From Candidatus Latescibacterota bacterium (GTDB taxonomy: Bacteria > Latescibacterota > UBA2968): a DNA stretch of 64,000 nucleotides. The stretch spans positions 3,680,001-3,744,000 of the forward strand of contig OZ244960.1 of the NCBI GenBank assembly GCA_965222605.1, written 5' to 3'. How positions within the stretch are numbered: position 1 is the stretch's first letter; every line of letters starts with the position of its first letter. Under the pieces are notes generated by a model. It was not told where the DNA came from. It did no database searches and saw only the letters and a list, made by a program, of their open reading frames with translations. Both the position numbers and the translations under genes were made by a program. Shown here piece after piece: positions 48,900-64,000 of this stretch.

Positions 48900-51653
48900 C
48901 TATGTGGTGGCGGTTAAAATTTCTTTCAGGAAACGGCCCGTGTGAGAAGAGGGGACTTTGGCAATGGTCTCTGGCGTGCCGGTTGCGACGATGTTGCCGC
49001 CGTTTTCGCCAGCGTCGGGACCGAGGTCAATGACCCAGTCTGCGCGTTTGATAACGTCGAGGTTGTGTTCGATGACGAGAACGGTATTGCCGCGGTCAAC
49101 GAGGCGGTCGAGCACTTCGATGAGGACGCGGATGTCGTCAAAGTGCAAACCCGTGGTGGGTTCGTCGAGCAGATAAAGCGTTTTGCCCGTGGCGGTTCGC
49201 GCCAGTTCGGTTGCGAGTTTGACGCGCTGTGCCTCGCCGCCAGAGAGAGATGTGGCCGGCTGACCGAGGCGCAAATAACCCAGGCCCACGTCGGCGAGTG
49301 ATTTGAGTTGTCGCTGCGCGGCCGGGATATTGCGGAAGAAGGTGCGGGCTTGATTTACGGTCAGGTTTAGTACGTCGGCAATTGAACTGCCTTTGTATCG
49401 GACCTCAAGGGTTTCTCTGTTGTATCGGCTGCCACCGCATACGTCGCAGGTGACGAAAACATCGGGCAAGAAGTGCATTTCGATACGGCGCACGCCATCG
49501 CCCTGGCAGGCTTCGCAGCGCCCGCCTTTGATGTTGAAGCTGAAGCGCCCGGCGCCATAACCGCGGACTCGGGATTCGGGCAATCGGGCGTAGAGTTCGC
49601 GTATCGCTGTAAAAAGGCCCGTATATGTGGCGGCATTTGATCGCGGGGTGCGCCCGATTGGGGATTGGTCTATGCGAATGACTTTGTCGATTTGTGCAAC
49701 ACCTTCGATGGTTTTGTGAGGCAATGGTTCTGTGCTGGCGCGGTGGAGTTGTCGGGCAAGTGCGGGATACAGGGTGTGATTGATGAGCGAACTTTTGCCC
49801 GAGCCAGATACGCCAGTGACGCATACAAAGACGCCCAGTGGAATATCGACATTGACGTTTTGCAAGTTGTGTCCGCTGGCACCCTTGATTGAGAGATGTC
49901 CGCGCGGTTGGCGAATGTCGGGAGGTGGGGGAATGGTTTTTCGTCCGGAGAGATAATTGCCGGTGAGAGAGTTTTCGTCTGCGATCACGGTTGCTGGTGG
50001 TCCCTGTGAGATAATTTTGCCGCCGCGTTCACCCGCGCCCGGGCCTAAGTCAATGAGGTGATCGGCCATTTCTATGGCTTCGCGGTCGTGTTCGACTACG
50101 ATGACCGTGTTGCCCAAATCGCGCAGGTTGCAGAAGGTGTTGATGAGTTTGCGATTGTCGCGGGGGTGCAGGCCAATGCTGGGTTCGTCGAGTACGTAGA
50201 GAACGCCGACGAGGCGGGTTCCGATTTGTGTTGCGAGACGAATGCGCTGAAATTCACCACCTGAGAGCGTTGCAGCTCTGCGGTTGAGCGCGAGATAGCC
50301 CACGCCGACATCGACGAGAAATGCGAGGCGGTTTTCGATTTCGCGTATGAGGGGGGCAGCGATCTCAGCCGCGTTGTTTTTGAGGTCGAGCGTTTGGAAG
50401 AATTGCCCGATTTTTGCAATGGGCAGGCTGGCAATGTCGGCAATTGTAGAATTGGAAATTGTGACGGCAAGAGCTTCTGGGCGCAAGCACGCGCCCTGGC
50501 AATCAGGGCAGGTTTGCCCCCGCATAAAACGCTCGATTTTTTCCCGGGCCTCGTCTGGGGTAGCTGCTTTGTATTGGTGCTGGAGATCGGGTATAACGCC
50601 GTCTCTGCCTCTGAGGATTGCTCTTTGAACGGTTTTGGGAAGTTTGGAAAAGGGTGTTGAGGGATCGAAGGAGAGATTGCGCGCCAGGCGTTGACGTTGC
50701 TCTACCTGGCGTTTGCCCTTGGGAATACCCCAGGGGGCAATCGCGCCCTCGAGGATGGATTTTGAAGGATCGGGCACGACGAGGTCGGGATCGACTTCAA
50801 AAACTGTACCCGTACCGCTGCAAGTGGGGCAAGCGCCGTGCGGGCTGTTGAAGGTAAAGAGGCGCGGTTCTAATTCTTCGATTTCAAAGTGGCCCTCTGT
50901 GCAGGCAAAGCGCGTGGAAAATGTCCATTCTCGATCGTCAATAATGTCGAGTGTGGCGGTGCCGTTGGCCAGGTCGAGGGCTGTTTCGAGTGAGTCCGCG
51001 AGGCGCGCGGCCATGTTCCCGCGCACAACGAGGCGGTCAATGACGGCTTCGATGTTGTGCGCTGTATTTTTATTTAGGTGGATATCGCTGTCAAGTGATA
51101 CAACTGTGCCATCAACGCGTACTCTGAGATAGCCTTCCTGGCGCAACTGCTTAAAAATATTCAGGTGGGTACCTTTGGCATTTCGGATCAGAGGTGCGAG
51201 AATCTGAAGGCGTTGTCCTTCGGGCATTGCGAGTACGCGATCGACAATTTGCGCGATGGTCTGGCGCACAATGGTCTGGCTGCATATCGGACAATGGGGT
51301 GTACCTATTCTGGCAAATAAGAGACGCAAATAGTCATAGACTTCGGTTATCGTGCCCACTGTTGAACGCGGTGTGCGGGGAATGCCGCGCTGTTGAATCG
51401 CCACAGCAGGCGATAGACCTTCTATGCTATCGGCATCGGGTTTATCCATGAGATCGAGAAATTGCCGCGCATAAGCGGATAGCGATTCGACATAACGTCG
51501 TTGTCCTTCGGCATAGACCGTATCAAAGGCCAACGACGATTTGCCCGATCCCGAAGGTCCGGTGATGACAACGAGGCAGTTGCGCGGGATATCCAGATCG
51601 ATGTTTTTGAGGTTGTGCTGACGCGCACCTCTGATGGTGATTGTATCGCTCAT
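48900..51653 (-). CDS. uvrA: Excinuclease ABC subunit A
   Basis: GARQHNLKN, two ABC domains, zinc-finger CxxC motifs. Confidence 0.97.
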   Translation of the reverse strand: MSDTITIRGARQHNLKNIDLDIPRNCLVVITGPSGSGKSSLAFDTVYAEGQRRYVESLSAYARQFLDLMDKPDADSIEGLSPAVAIQQRGIPRTPRSTVGTITEVYDYLRLLFARIGTPHCPICSQTIVRQTIAQIVDRVLAMPEGQRLQILAPLIRNAKGTHLNIFKQLRQEGYLRVRVDGTVVSLDSDIHLNKNTAHNIEAVIDRLVVRGNMAARLADSLETALDLANGTATLDIIDDREWTFSTRFACTEGHFEIEELEPRLFTFNSPHGACPTCSGTGTVFEVDPDLVVPDPSKSILEGAIAPWGIPKGKRQVEQRQRLARNLSFDPSTPFSKLPKTVQRAILRGRDGVIPDLQHQYKAATPDEAREKIERFMRGQTCPDCQGACLRPEALAVTISNSTIADIASLPIAKIGQFFQTLDLKNNAAEIAAPLIREIENRLAFLVDVGVGYLALNRRAATLSGGEFQRIRLATQIGTRLVGVLYVLDEPSIGLHPRDNRKLINTFCNLRDLGNTVIVVEHDREAIEMADHLIDLGPGAGERGGKIISQGPPATVIADENSLTGNYLSGRKTIPPPPDIRQPRGHLSIKGASGHNLQNVNVDIPLGVFVCVTGVSGSGKSSLINHTLYPALARQLHRASTEPLPHKTIEGVAQIDKVIRIDQSPIGRTPRSNAATYTGLFTAIRELYARLPESRVRGYGAGRFSFNIKGGRCEACQGDGVRRIEMHFLPDVFVTCDVCGGSRYNRETLEVRYKGSSIADVLNLTVNQARTFFRNIPAAQRQLKSLADVGLGYLRLGQPATSLSGGEAQRVKLATELARTATGKTLYLLDEPTTGLHFDDIRVLIEVLDRLVDRGNTVLVIEHNLDVIKRADWVIDLGPDAGENGGNIVATGTPETIAKVPSSHTGRFLKEILTATT

Positions 51654-51671
51654 TGGTGTGATAAAAAGATG

Positions 51672-51707
51672 AAAAAAATTCAGGCACTTAAAAATTAAGT
51701 GCCTGAA
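51672..51707 (-). terminator. Terminator downstream of tRNA-Arg
   Basis: TTCAGGCACTTAA...TTAAGTGCCTGAA hairpin followed by a T run on the minus strand. Confidence 0.7.
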
Positions 51708-51715
51708 AAAGAAAG

Positions 51716-51789
51716 TGCGGCAGAGAGGACTCGAACCCCCAACCCTCTGGTCCGAAGCCAGATGCTCTGTCCAATTGAGCTACTGCCGC
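51716..51789 (-). tRNA. tRNA-Arg (TCG), CCA not encoded
   Basis: GCGGCAG acceptor stem, TCTGG-CTTCGGA-CCAGA anticodon arm, GGTTCGAGTCC T arm. Confidence 0.93.
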
Positions 51790-51915
51790 TGTGCAAATAA
51801 TATACGGATTGTGGTCGTGTTTTGCAAGGGGAGGAATTAGCTTGACAGGATAAAATGAGAGGTGTAATTAAGATGTTGTCTTGAAATTCCATTTGTCTTC
51901 TCACGGAGGTGTAAT

Positions 51916-53205
51916 TTGAGTACGCGTTCAAAAGCGCTATTTGATGCAGCACAACAGGTGATTCCCGGCGGTGTGAACAGTCCTGCACGAGCATTTGGTC
52001 CCGTAGGTGGTGATCCCCTCTTTATTGTGAAAGGAGAGGGGGCGCGAATTGTCGATGCCGATGGAACATCTTATATCGACTTTGTGGGTTCCTGGGGACC
52101 GCTTATTTTGGGCCATGCACATCCGGAAATTGTCGCGGCTGTCAATGAAGCGGCTGATGAGGGCACGAGTTTTGGTGCGCCAACTGAAATCGAAGTGAAG
52201 ATGGCGCAATTGGTCACCGAAATAGTGCCGAGTGTGGAAATGGTGCGGATGGTAAATTCGGGTACCGAAGCCACGATGTCGGCTATTCGGCTGGCTCGCG
52301 GACACACGGGGCGAAACAAAATTGTCAAATTTGAAGGATGCTGGCACGGGCATGCCGATAGTTTTCTGATTCAGGCGGGGTCTTCGGCACTCACGATGGG
52401 CGCGCCGAGCAGCCCGGGAGTTACACCTGGAACTGCAGCAGATTCGATTACGGTGTCCTTTAATGATCTGGAAGCTGTAGAAAAAGCCGTTGTGGAAAAT
52501 AGGGATGAAATCGCTGCTGTTATTGTCGAACCCGTAGCTGGCAATATGGGGGTGATTCCGCCGGCGCCGGGTTTTTTGCAGGGTTTGAGAGATGTAACAA
52601 CAGAAATGGGTATTGTGCTGATTTTTGACGAGGTCATCACCGGATTTCGCGTCAGTTGTGGCGGAGCGCAGGAGCTTTATGGCGTAACGCCCGACTTGAC
52701 GACTTTGGGAAAGATTATTGGCGGTGGGTTGCCCGTTGGTGCTTTTGGTGGCAAGCGAGAGATTATGTCAGATATATCACCCCTGGGAAAAATGGTGTCG
52801 CAGGCCGGCACATTGTCGGGCAATCCCCTGGCTATGACAGCGGGATATGAGACGCTCAGACGCCTGCAAGAACCAGATGTTTATGACGTGTTGGAAGCAA
52901 AAGCGCAGGCTCTGGAGATAGGTATTCTGGAAAACTTAAAAGCTCTGGGATTGAAATATCAGACCAATCGGGTGGGTTCGATTATGACCTTGTTTTTTAC
53001 GGAAGTACCAGTGACATCATTTGATGCTGCCAATGCGTGTGATCAGGATTTGTTCGCCCGGTATTTTCGGGAGATGGTCAATCGAGGTATTTATCTGGCC
53101 CCGTCACAGTTTGAGGCTGCGTTTGTTTCCCTGGCTCATTCTGATGCGGATATTGACGCGACTATAAAGGCAAATTACGAAGCCCTAAAAGCATGCATCA
53201 GTTAA
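51916..53205 (+). CDS. hemL: Glutamate-1-semialdehyde 2,1-aminomutase
   Basis: [44 protein letters not shown]. Confidence 0.95.
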   Translation: MSTRSKALFDAAQQVIPGGVNSPARAFGPVGGDPLFIVKGEGARIVDADGTSYIDFVGSWGPLILGHAHPEIVAAVNEAADEGTSFGAPTEIEVKMAQLVTEIVPSVEMVRMVNSGTEATMSAIRLARGHTGRNKIVKFEGCWHGHADSFLIQAGSSALTMGAPSSPGVTPGTAADSITVSFNDLEAVEKAVVENRDEIAAVIVEPVAGNMGVIPPAPGFLQGLRDVTTEMGIVLIFDEVITGFRVSCGGAQELYGVTPDLTTLGKIIGGGLPVGAFGGKREIMSDISPLGKMVSQAGTLSGNPLAMTAGYETLRRLQEPDVYDVLEAKAQALEIGILENLKALGLKYQTNRVGSIMTLFFTEVPVTSFDAANACDQDLFARYFREMVNRGIYLAPSQFEAAFVSLAHSDADIDATIKANYEALKACIS

Positions 53206-53675
53206 AAAAAATACTGCCAATACTTTTGCTTTTCTTATCTGGTTGCAGCTCTCCACACGACGATTATCTTCGTCAATTGCGATCGGGTTCGGTTGATCAG
53301 CGCATCGATGCGGCGTCCTTTTTGGGTGCGCAGCGGGTTGTTGAGGCCATTCCCCATTTGCGCGCTGCTTTGCGCGACTCTGTCACACCTGTGCGCACAA
53401 AGGCCGCCTGGGCGTTGGGAATGTTGCGGGCAAAGGAGGCATTGCGCGATCTGATCCGGATGCTTGGAGACAAAGACCGGGATGTGCGCCAGATTGTCGC
53501 ATGGACATTGATGCAAATTGAAGAACCCGAAGCCATTTCAGCACTTGAACGCGCTATGGTGTCTGAACCCGACGCCTGGGTAAAAAAAGATATGGAGCGG
53601 GCAGTGCGCTACTTAAGGCAGTTCGATGGTGAGGCAGATGTTGAAGAAGGTCGTGTGAGAGGAGAATTTTTCTAA
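53193..53675 (+). CDS. HEAT-repeat lipoprotein
   Basis: Lipobox LSGC; VR..AAWALG-type repeats. Confidence 0.75.
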   Translation: MHQLKKILPILLLFLSGCSSPHDDYLRQLRSGSVDQRIDAASFLGAQRVVEAIPHLRAALRDSVTPVRTKAAWALGMLRAKEALRDLIRMLGDKDRDVRQIVAWTLMQIEEPEAISALERAMVSEPDAWVKKDMERAVRYLRQFDGEADVEEGRVRGEFF

Positions 53676-53682
53676 AAATGGT

Positions 53683-53830
53683 TTGACTTTCGGATTTCTA
53701 TTCTTTATATTGTGCTTTCTACACTAAAAAATGGGGCAGAGTTTTTCCTTGACTTGTGAAAGTCGATTCTGTACATTTGCTCCTTACCGGCACTTTGTAA
53801 ATAAAAAGTGCCTATTTTGTTCTTTGAAAA
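53683..53830 (+). promoter_or_regulatory. Tandem rRNA promoters and boxA
   Basis: TTGACT-N17-TATATT (53683-53711), TTGACT-N17-TACATT (53749-53777), TGTTCTTTGAAAA; second boxA at about 55796. Confidence 0.7.
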
Positions 53831-53933
53831 TCAAATAACGTGCATGTGTTATTAAAAGCTTGGTAGGTTCTCAAGGTTTCTTGAGAATTCAGTAATTGCA
53901 AAAAAAAGCCCATAATATGGGCACTCTCATTTT

Positions 53934-55483
<1,550 letters not shown>

Positions 55484-55599
55484 GGGAGACGCGATGTAAG
55501 GCCATAGGCGCTTACATCTACTCCTAAGGTCAATGCCAGGCTTGGCATGTGCACGTTATTTGGTTTTTAAAAGCCGGGATTTTTCCCGGCTTTTTAGGC

Positions 55600-55676
55600 G
55601 GGCCTATAGCTCAGTTGGTTAGAGCGCGCGCCTGATAAGCGCGAGGTCAGTGGTTCAACTCCACTTAGGCCCACCA
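55600..55676 (+). tRNA. tRNA-Ile (GAT)
   Basis: Cloverleaf with CTGATAA loop and CCA end, in the ITS. Confidence 0.97.
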
Positions 55677-55691
55677 AATTATAAAATATTC

Positions 55692-55767
55692 GGGGATATA
55701 GCTCAGATGGGAGAGCGCCGGCTTTGCAAGCCGGAGGTCACCGGTTCGATCCCGGTTATCTCCACCA
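55692..55767 (+). tRNA. tRNA-Ala (TGC)
   Basis: Cloverleaf with TTTGCAA loop and CCA end. Confidence 0.97.
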
Positions 55768-55896
55768 AAGATGTAACTTTTATAGAATTTTCAACTGCTC
55801 TTTGACAATTGAATATGGATTGGGTAATACAATTTGCCAAACTGAAGTATGGATTCTTTTGCAGAGCACAGTAGTGATCTGCTGAAAACCTGTTTT

Positions 55897-58925
<3,029 letters not shown>

Positions 58926-58996
58926 TTTTTAAACTTTTTTCAGCAGATCGCTTCTGTGCTTTGTTTTGGCGCTCAATCCATATTCATTTAAATTTT

Positions 58997-59114
<118 letters not shown>

Positions 59115-59120
59115 ATACAA

Positions 59121-59153
59121 AAAAGCCCGGATATAAAAATCCGGGCTTTTTTT
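59121..59153 (+). terminator. rRNA operon terminator
   Basis: AAAAGCCCGGAT...ATCCGGGCTTTTTTT. Confidence 0.85.
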
Positions 59154-59277
59154 CTTGTACAAGATCAAAAGAGTGCTTGACAAAACCCATTTGTTTTGCA
59201 ATTATACGCGCCTTATTTTTGTACGGAGGTTGATATTTTCAAAGCAATTATTTAATACTGATATTAAGGAGGTTACT

Positions 59278-61359
59278 GTGAATAGATATACACCTGAAAA
59301 TATCAGGAATATCGCCCTCTCGGGACACGGCGGCACGGGCAAAACGTCCGTTGCCGAAGCCATGATGTTTTCTGCTGGTGCAACCAATCGACTCGGGTCG
59401 GTCGATGAGGGAAATACTGTGTCAGATTATACCGATGCAGAGATTGCGCGTAAAAACTCTATCAGTACATCTATGTTGCACTGCGATTGGAAGGGCACCA
59501 AAATGAATATTTTGGATGGTCCGGGTTATGCCGACTTTATTGGCGATGCAAAAACCGCAGTTTGGGCATCTGATATTGCCCTTACGCTGGTCAATGCGGC
59601 CAGTGGTGTAGAGATTGGAACGGATAAGGCGTTTGGTTTTGCCGGTGAATTTAATCGCGCAACGGTGTTTTTAGTCAATCACGTCGATCGGGAGTTTGCC
59701 GATTGCGATGGTGCGTTTTCAGCAATTCAGGAGCATTTTGGAAATGGGGCTATTCCCTTTCAGATTCCGGTCAATGCCGGCGAAGAGTTTAATCAGATCA
59801 TCGATGTTTTGCAGATGAAATTGGTAACCTATACCGATGGCAAAGCTGCAGCTTCGGAGATTCCCGAGGAATGGCAAGATCAGGCTGAGGACTTGAGGGA
59901 ACAGGTGGTTGAAGGGGTTGCTGAAAGTGATGATGACCTGATTGAGTGCTATTTAGAAGAAGGAGAATTGACAGACGAAGAGATTGCACAAGGGGTAAAA
60001 ATTGGGATGGTCAATCGCACTTTGTTTCCCATTTTTGTGAGTGCTGCCAGCAAAAATATCGGTGTTGACTTGTTGCTCGATTTTTTATCTACCTTCGCGC
60101 CCGGTCCGCTCGACTTGCCAATTCCCGCAGCATACAAAGAAGGGTCTGAAGAAGAAGTGACACTTGCCGTAAGCGATGATGACTCTTTGGCTGCCGTGGT
60201 GTTCAAAACGATTTCCGAATCTGTAGGCGATTTGTCATTTTTGCGCGTGTATTCCGGTAGTGTCAAACCTGGCGACGACGTATTTAATCCCAACCGCCGA
60301 GCCACTGAGCGCATCGGTCAAATTTATTCGATGAGTGGCGGAAAGCGCGACGATATGGACGTTTTGGGCGCGGGTGATATTGGCGCGTTGATCAAGCTAA
60401 AGGACACGCATACGGGCAATACTCTTTGCAGCAGAAACACGCGCTTGCAAATTCAGCCGATCGAATTCCCACACCCTTTGATTCGCGTGGCCGTAGAACC
60501 CAAATCGCGAGGCGACGAAGACAAAATTAGCGCGGGATTGCACAGCATTCACGAAGAAGATCCGAGCTTTGTCGCCGGGTATGACTCGGAATTGCGACAG
60601 ATTATTGCCCAGGGACAGGGCGAGTTACATTTGACGGTTGTGTTTGACAAGTTGAAGAGTAAGTTTGGCGTGGATGTAGAAGTGGCCGAACCCCGAATAC
60701 CGTACCGCGAGACTATTCAATCGCGTGCAGAAGCTCGGTATCGGCACAGAAAACAAAGCGGTGGACGCGGTCAATATGGCGAAGCTTATTTGCGCGTTTC
60801 GCCCATGCAGCGCGGTGATGGCTTCGAATTTATAGACGAAGTCGTAGGTGGTGCGATTCCCGGAAAATTTATTCCGGCTGTTGAAAAAGGTGTTGTAGAG
60901 ACCATGCAACGCGGTGTGCTCGCCGGATATCCCGTTGTCGATACGCAGGTCACGGTTTACGATGGGTCCTTTCATGCGGTTGACTCTTCTGATATGGCTT
61001 TTAAGCTGGCCGGTTCTTTCGCATTTCAAAATGCATTTATGGATGCCAGACCCATTTTGTTAGAACCCATTTACAAAGTTAGCGTCGTTGTTCCGGATTC
61101 CTATATGGGGGATGTGATGGCGGATCTCAATGGGCGACGCGGGCGCATTCAAGGCATGGATCCCGAAGGCAATTTCCAGGTTATTCACGCCGAAGTTCCA
61201 CTGGTAGATCTCTACAAATATTCAACCTCTTTGCGTTCTATGACACAGGGCACAGGCGATTATACCATGGCGTTTTCCCACTACGAGCCTGTCCCTCACG
61301 ATGTGACACAAAAGGTCATTGAGGCTTCCGAACACGATCGCGAATTGGTCGAAGCATGA
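59278..61359 (+). CDS. fusA: Elongation factor G paralogue (EF-G II type)
   Basis: IRNIAL.GH.GTGKT, GQGELHL, KQSGGRGQYG, DGSFH.VDSS; divergent G2 and G4; outside the str operon. Confidence 0.85.
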   Translation: MNRYTPENIRNIALSGHGGTGKTSVAEAMMFSAGATNRLGSVDEGNTVSDYTDAEIARKNSISTSMLHCDWKGTKMNILDGPGYADFIGDAKTAVWASDIALTLVNAASGVEIGTDKAFGFAGEFNRATVFLVNHVDREFADCDGAFSAIQEHFGNGAIPFQIPVNAGEEFNQIIDVLQMKLVTYTDGKAAASEIPEEWQDQAEDLREQVVEGVAESDDDLIECYLEEGELTDEEIAQGVKIGMVNRTLFPIFVSAASKNIGVDLLLDFLSTFAPGPLDLPIPAAYKEGSEEEVTLAVSDDDSLAAVVFKTISESVGDLSFLRVYSGSVKPGDDVFNPNRRATERIGQIYSMSGGKRDDMDVLGAGDIGALIKLKDTHTGNTLCSRNTRLQIQPIEFPHPLIRVAVEPKSRGDEDKISAGLHSIHEEDPSFVAGYDSELRQIIAQGQGELHLTVVFDKLKSKFGVDVEVAEPRIPYRETIQSRAEARYRHRKQSGGRGQYGEAYLRVSPMQRGDGFEFIDEVVGGAIPGKFIPAVEKGVVETMQRGVLAGYPVVDTQVTVYDGSFHAVDSSDMAFKLAGSFAFQNAFMDARPILLEPIYKVSVVVPDSYMGDVMADLNGRRGRIQGMDPEGNFQVIHAEVPLVDLYKYSTSLRSMTQGTGDYTMAFSHYEPVPHDVTQKVIEASEHDRELVEA

Positions 61360-61388
61360 CCGGTTTTTGTTTGCCGTTTCCATAGGAG

Positions 61389-62264
61389 ATGATGATGTCA
61401 GCCGGGCGCAGGTTCAGGGCGGCACTGGACGCAGAACGACCCTTACAGATTGCGGGTACCATCAACGCCGTATCTGCGCTAATGGCAAAACAGGCTGGAT
61501 TTCGCGCGCTGTATCTTTCCGGTTCGGGCGTGGCTGCTGCTTCTTATGGATTGCCCGATTTGGGCATTACAACGCTGGACAATGTGGTCGAGGATGCCCG
61601 GCGGATTACCGATGTGGTGGATTTGCCGCTGTTGGTTGACATTGATACCGGGTTTGGCGGCACCTCTTTTTCTATAGGTCGCGCGGTAAAGACGCTGGAA
61701 AAAATTGGCGTTGCTGCTGTTCACATTGAAGACCAGGTGTTGCAAAAACGCTGTGGACATCGCCCCGGAAAACAGGTGGTATCTGCCGAGGAGATGTGCG
61801 ACCGAATCAAGGCCGCGGTTGATGCTCGGTCAGATTGCGGGTTTGTGATTATGGCGCGAACCGATTCTGTGGCGAATGAAGGTTTGGAGCGCGGTCTCAA
61901 TCGCGCCCAGGAGTACATTTCTGTCGGTGCCGATGCGATTTTTGCAGAGAGCTTGAGTTCACTGGAAGATTTCCGCACCTTTGCCCGCAATCTCTCTGTA
62001 CCTGTGCTGGCGAATCTCACCGAGTTTGGGCAAACGCCTCTGTTTGGTCTGGGCGAGATGAGAGGTGCGGGTGTCGCCATGGTGTTGTATCCTCTTACGG
62101 CGTTTAGAATGATGAATGCGGCTGCTCACCGGGCGTATAAAACGCTGCGGACACAGGGCGCACAGGGGGCGTTGATAAACGAGATGCAGACGCGGGAAGA
62201 ACTCTACGAATTGCTGGATTATTACGCGTATGAGGCGCAGGTCAATCGACTTTATGGCGCGTGA
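61389..62264 (+). CDS. prpB: 2-methylisocitrate lyase
   Basis: KRCGHRPGK, LLVDIDTGFG, LANLTEFG.TP. Confidence 0.93.
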   Translation: MMMSAGRRFRAALDAERPLQIAGTINAVSALMAKQAGFRALYLSGSGVAAASYGLPDLGITTLDNVVEDARRITDVVDLPLLVDIDTGFGGTSFSIGRAVKTLEKIGVAAVHIEDQVLQKRCGHRPGKQVVSAEEMCDRIKAAVDARSDCGFVIMARTDSVANEGLERGLNRAQEYISVGADAIFAESLSSLEDFRTFARNLSVPVLANLTEFGQTPLFGLGEMRGAGVAMVLYPLTAFRMMNAAAHRAYKTLRTQGAQGALINEMQTREELYELLDYYAYEAQVNRLYGA

Positions 62265-62348
62265 ATCGACTGAGGAGATTTTACGGGAAAAGGTCGTGAG
62301 TGAAAATGCTCACGGCCTTTTTTTGACTGAGCCTGATAGGAGGATATT

Positions 62349-63446
62349 GTGAGCAAACAGACGGTAACAACAGGCCTGAGGGGCGTTAAAGCTGGCAATA
62401 CATCGATTTGTACTGTAGGCGCAGAAGGTCACGGTTTGCACTATCGAGGCTATGCTATTGAAGACCTGGCACAATATGCCTGTTTTGAGGAAATCGTGCA
62501 TTTGTTGTTGTGGGATGCACTGCCCTCTGAAAGGGAATTGGATGCGTTGAAGACGCAGTTGCGGGCGCACCGGCAGTTGCCGGATCTGGTTGTGCGAGTT
62601 TTGAGTTCGCTGCCTTCAGACGCGCATCCGATGGATGTGTTGCGAACCGGTGTGTCGGCGCTTGGCATTGCCGAGCCAGAGCAGGGTTTGGAGGACACTG
62701 TGGCTGTGCGGCTTTTGGGTGCATTGCCCTCTATGCTGGGGGTCTGGCATCTGGGTGCTGATGTTTTGGATGTGGATGAGCACGCGACTTATATCTTGCA
62801 TATGCTCAAAGAACAGACGCCTTCTGAGTTGGAATGTCGGATGATGGATGCGTCGTTGATTTTATATGCCGAGCACGAGTTTAATGCTTCGACATTCACG
62901 GCCAGAGTATGCGCCTCTACACTTGCCGATTTTTATGGATGTATTACCGGGGCAATTGGTACTTTGAGCGGACCTTTGCACGGGGGCGCAAACGAGCGGG
63001 CAATGGAATTGATTGAACAGTTCGAGACTCCCGAAGACGCGGCAATGGGCGTGCGAGAGATGCTGGCGCGCAAAGAATTGATTATGGGGTTTGGGCACGG
63101 GGTTTATCGCGTGCGAGACCCGCGCAATGCGATTATTAAAGATTGGGCGCGTCAGGTGAGCGAAGCAAAAGGCGATATGAGTCTTTACGAAGTTTCTGAA
63201 GCGATTGAGCAGGTTATGTGGGATGAAAAAAAGCTGTTTCCAAATCTGGATTTTTATTCGGCAACAGCGTATCATATGGCCGGTATTGAGACGGCGCTTT
63301 TCACACCTGTATTTGTACTCAGTCGTTGTAGCGGTTGGGCTGCTCATGTGATGGAACAGCGAGCAGATAATAAGCTGATTCGGCCTCTGGCGGAATACAC
63401 GGGGGTAGAGGCGCGAGATTATGTGCCGTTGGAAGAAAGGGGTTGA
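62349..63446 (+). CDS. prpC: 2-methylcitrate synthase
   Basis: [31 protein letters not shown]; between prpB and prpD. Confidence 0.9.
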   Translation: MSKQTVTTGLRGVKAGNTSICTVGAEGHGLHYRGYAIEDLAQYACFEEIVHLLLWDALPSERELDALKTQLRAHRQLPDLVVRVLSSLPSDAHPMDVLRTGVSALGIAEPEQGLEDTVAVRLLGALPSMLGVWHLGADVLDVDEHATYILHMLKEQTPSELECRMMDASLILYAEHEFNASTFTARVCASTLADFYGCITGAIGTLSGPLHGGANERAMELIEQFETPEDAAMGVREMLARKELIMGFGHGVYRVRDPRNAIIKDWARQVSEAKGDMSLYEVSEAIEQVMWDEKKLFPNLDFYSATAYHMAGIETALFTPVFVLSRCSGWAAHVMEQRADNKLIRPLAEYTGVEARDYVPLEERG

Positions 63447-63462
63447 TAGATTGAGGATTGCC

Positions 63463-64000
63463 ATGGATGATCGGGCACCGGATAGAGAACTGGTGGCTAT
63501 TGCACAGTACGTGCTGGATTGCGAAGTGAATTCTGCGGAGGCTTTTCAGACGGCTCGATTGTGTCTGATGGATAGTTTGGGGTGTGCGGTATTGGCATTG
63601 CGGTTTTCTGAGTGTACCAAGATGCTCGGCCCCGTGGTTCCGGGAACGATTGTGCCGTGCGGTGCGCGGGTGCCGGGAACTGATTACGAACTCGATCCGG
63701 TGACTGCTGCGTTTAATATTGGGACAATGGTGCGTTGGCTGGATTTTAACGATACGTGGTTGGCGGCTGAGTGGGGTCATCCTTCGGATAATCTGGGTGC
63801 AATTCTCGGTGTGGCGGACTGGGTGTCGCGCACGCAACGCGCACAGGGGCGAGATGCGCTGGTCATGCGGGATGTGTTTGTGGCGATGATCAAAGCGCAT
63901 GAAATTCAGGGCGTGATGGCACTGGAAAACAGTTTTAATGCCCGGGGGCTGGACCATGTGATTTTGGTGAAGTTGGCGAGCGCGGCGATCTCTGCTGGTC
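63463..64000 (+). CDS. prpD: 2-methylcitrate dehydratase, 5' part (runs off the window edge)
   Basis: Manual translation MDDRAPD...[22 protein letters not shown]. Confidence 0.92.
   Translation, partial: MDDRAPDRELVAIAQYVLDCEVNSAEAFQTARLCLMDSLGCAVLALRFSECTKMLGPVVPGTIVPCGARVPGTDYELDPVTAAFNIGTMVRWLDFNDTWLAAEWGHPSDNLGAILGVADWVSRTQRAQGRDALVMRDVFVAMIKAHEIQGVMALENSFNARGLDHVILVKLASAAISAG

Overview
Bacterial chromosomal window. The gene content (signal-peptide WD40 protein with an EF-hand tail, TonB receptor/T9SS-CTD-like/PorV-like triad, DUF6785-type membrane protein, several PhyH dioxygenases, pentapeptide-repeat protein) suggests an FCB-group organism such as Latescibacterota, possibly host-associated. 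This is inference and the 16S gene can test it. In order: a structured leader and partial gene; WD40 protein; iota-type carbonic anhydrase candidate; an 11-subunit complex I operon (nuoABCD-HIJKLMN) with a PIN toxin module where nuoEFG would sit, directly downstream of a lone molybdo-hydroxylase large subunit; pdxA, trmJ-like, bioF; an Lnt-TatC fusion; a TonB uptake operon ending in PhyH and DUF6785-like genes; a decaying accessory region (pseudogenes, IS256, IS4, IS701, orphan antitoxins, REP-like repeats); rfbB, GH29 fucosidase, uvrA, tRNA-Arg, hemL; a full rRNA operon; a divergent EF-G; prpBCD. Highlights: (1) a shared 27-34 nt hairpin micro-insertion inside two unrelated transposase genes, (2) the Lnt-TatC fusion, (3) the complex I without an NADH module next to a Mo enzyme. 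All calls are by-eye motif recognition; no database searches were run.
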